From Eledone cirrhosa (lineage: Eukaryota): a stretch of DNA of 64,000 nucleotides. Location: positions 32,612,001-32,676,000 of the forward strand of contig OZ024746.1 in NCBI GenBank assembly GCA_964016885.1. Direction: 5' to 3'. A program made the position numbers and the translations under genes. Of the stretch, positions 63,701-64,000 are shown in pieces. The number at the start of each line of letters is the position of its first letter. Position 1 is the stretch's first letter. The notes below the pieces were generated by a model that was not told where the DNA came from, searched no databases, and was given only the letters and a program-made list of their open reading frames with translations.

Positions 63701-64000
63701 CAGTCCACCCCTACATTCCAACCTACAACACCCATCCAAACAGTACACCCCTACATTCCAACCTACAACACCCATCCAAACAGTACACCCCTACATTCCA
63801 ACCTACAACACCCATCCAAACAGTGCACCCCTACATTCCAACCTACAACACCCAACCAAACAGTACACCCCTACATTCCAACCTACAACACCCATCCAAA
63901 CAGTACACCCCTACATTCCAACCTACAACACCCATCCAAACAGTCCACCCCTACATTCCAACCTACAACACCCATCCAAACAGTCCACCCCTACATTCCA
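60770..64000. repeat. 40-bp minisatellite, about 80 copies, running off the window
   Basis: CCAAACAGT(A/C)CACCCCTACATTCCAACCTACAACACCCAT; diverged precursors at about 60495-60602. Confidence 0.98.

Noticed and set aside
60770-64000. CRISPR-like array (also considered for the 69-bp and 8395-9500 repeats)
   Set aside because: Head-to-tail repeats without unique spacers, no cas genes, eukaryotic context

Overview
Repeat-dominated, AT-rich animal genomic DNA, probably cephalopod/Octopus (inferred only from the tRNA-derived Nin/Deu-domain and CORE-type SINEs and the very high microsatellite load). No host gene is recognisable, and most ORF-track entries are microsatellite translations. Contents: (1) two near-full-length Tx1/L1-clade LINEs in head-to-head orientation, one in (ATT)n and one in (ATCT)n, plus older fragments; (2) a decayed R4/Dong-type RLE LINE and two further relics; (3) Penelope-like (PLE) relics; (4) about a dozen short (TA)n-embedded, mostly fold-back elements from several unrelated families. 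Many carry type I hammerhead ribozyme motifs, one with a U3-A8 core, and one has a tRNA-like head instead; (5) many SINEs, MITEs, RTE derivatives, a 69-bp and a 40-bp minisatellite, and a 200-N gap. Two candidates stand out. First, in both Tx1 elements ORF2 lies exactly between a splice donor at the ORF1 stop and a TAG|G acceptor at the ORF2 stop, and the predicted splice restores an ORF1 stop at the same codon position. Second, the (TA)n-targeted hammerhead/tRNA hairpin mini-retroelement system. All analysis was by eye, and boundaries are approximate.
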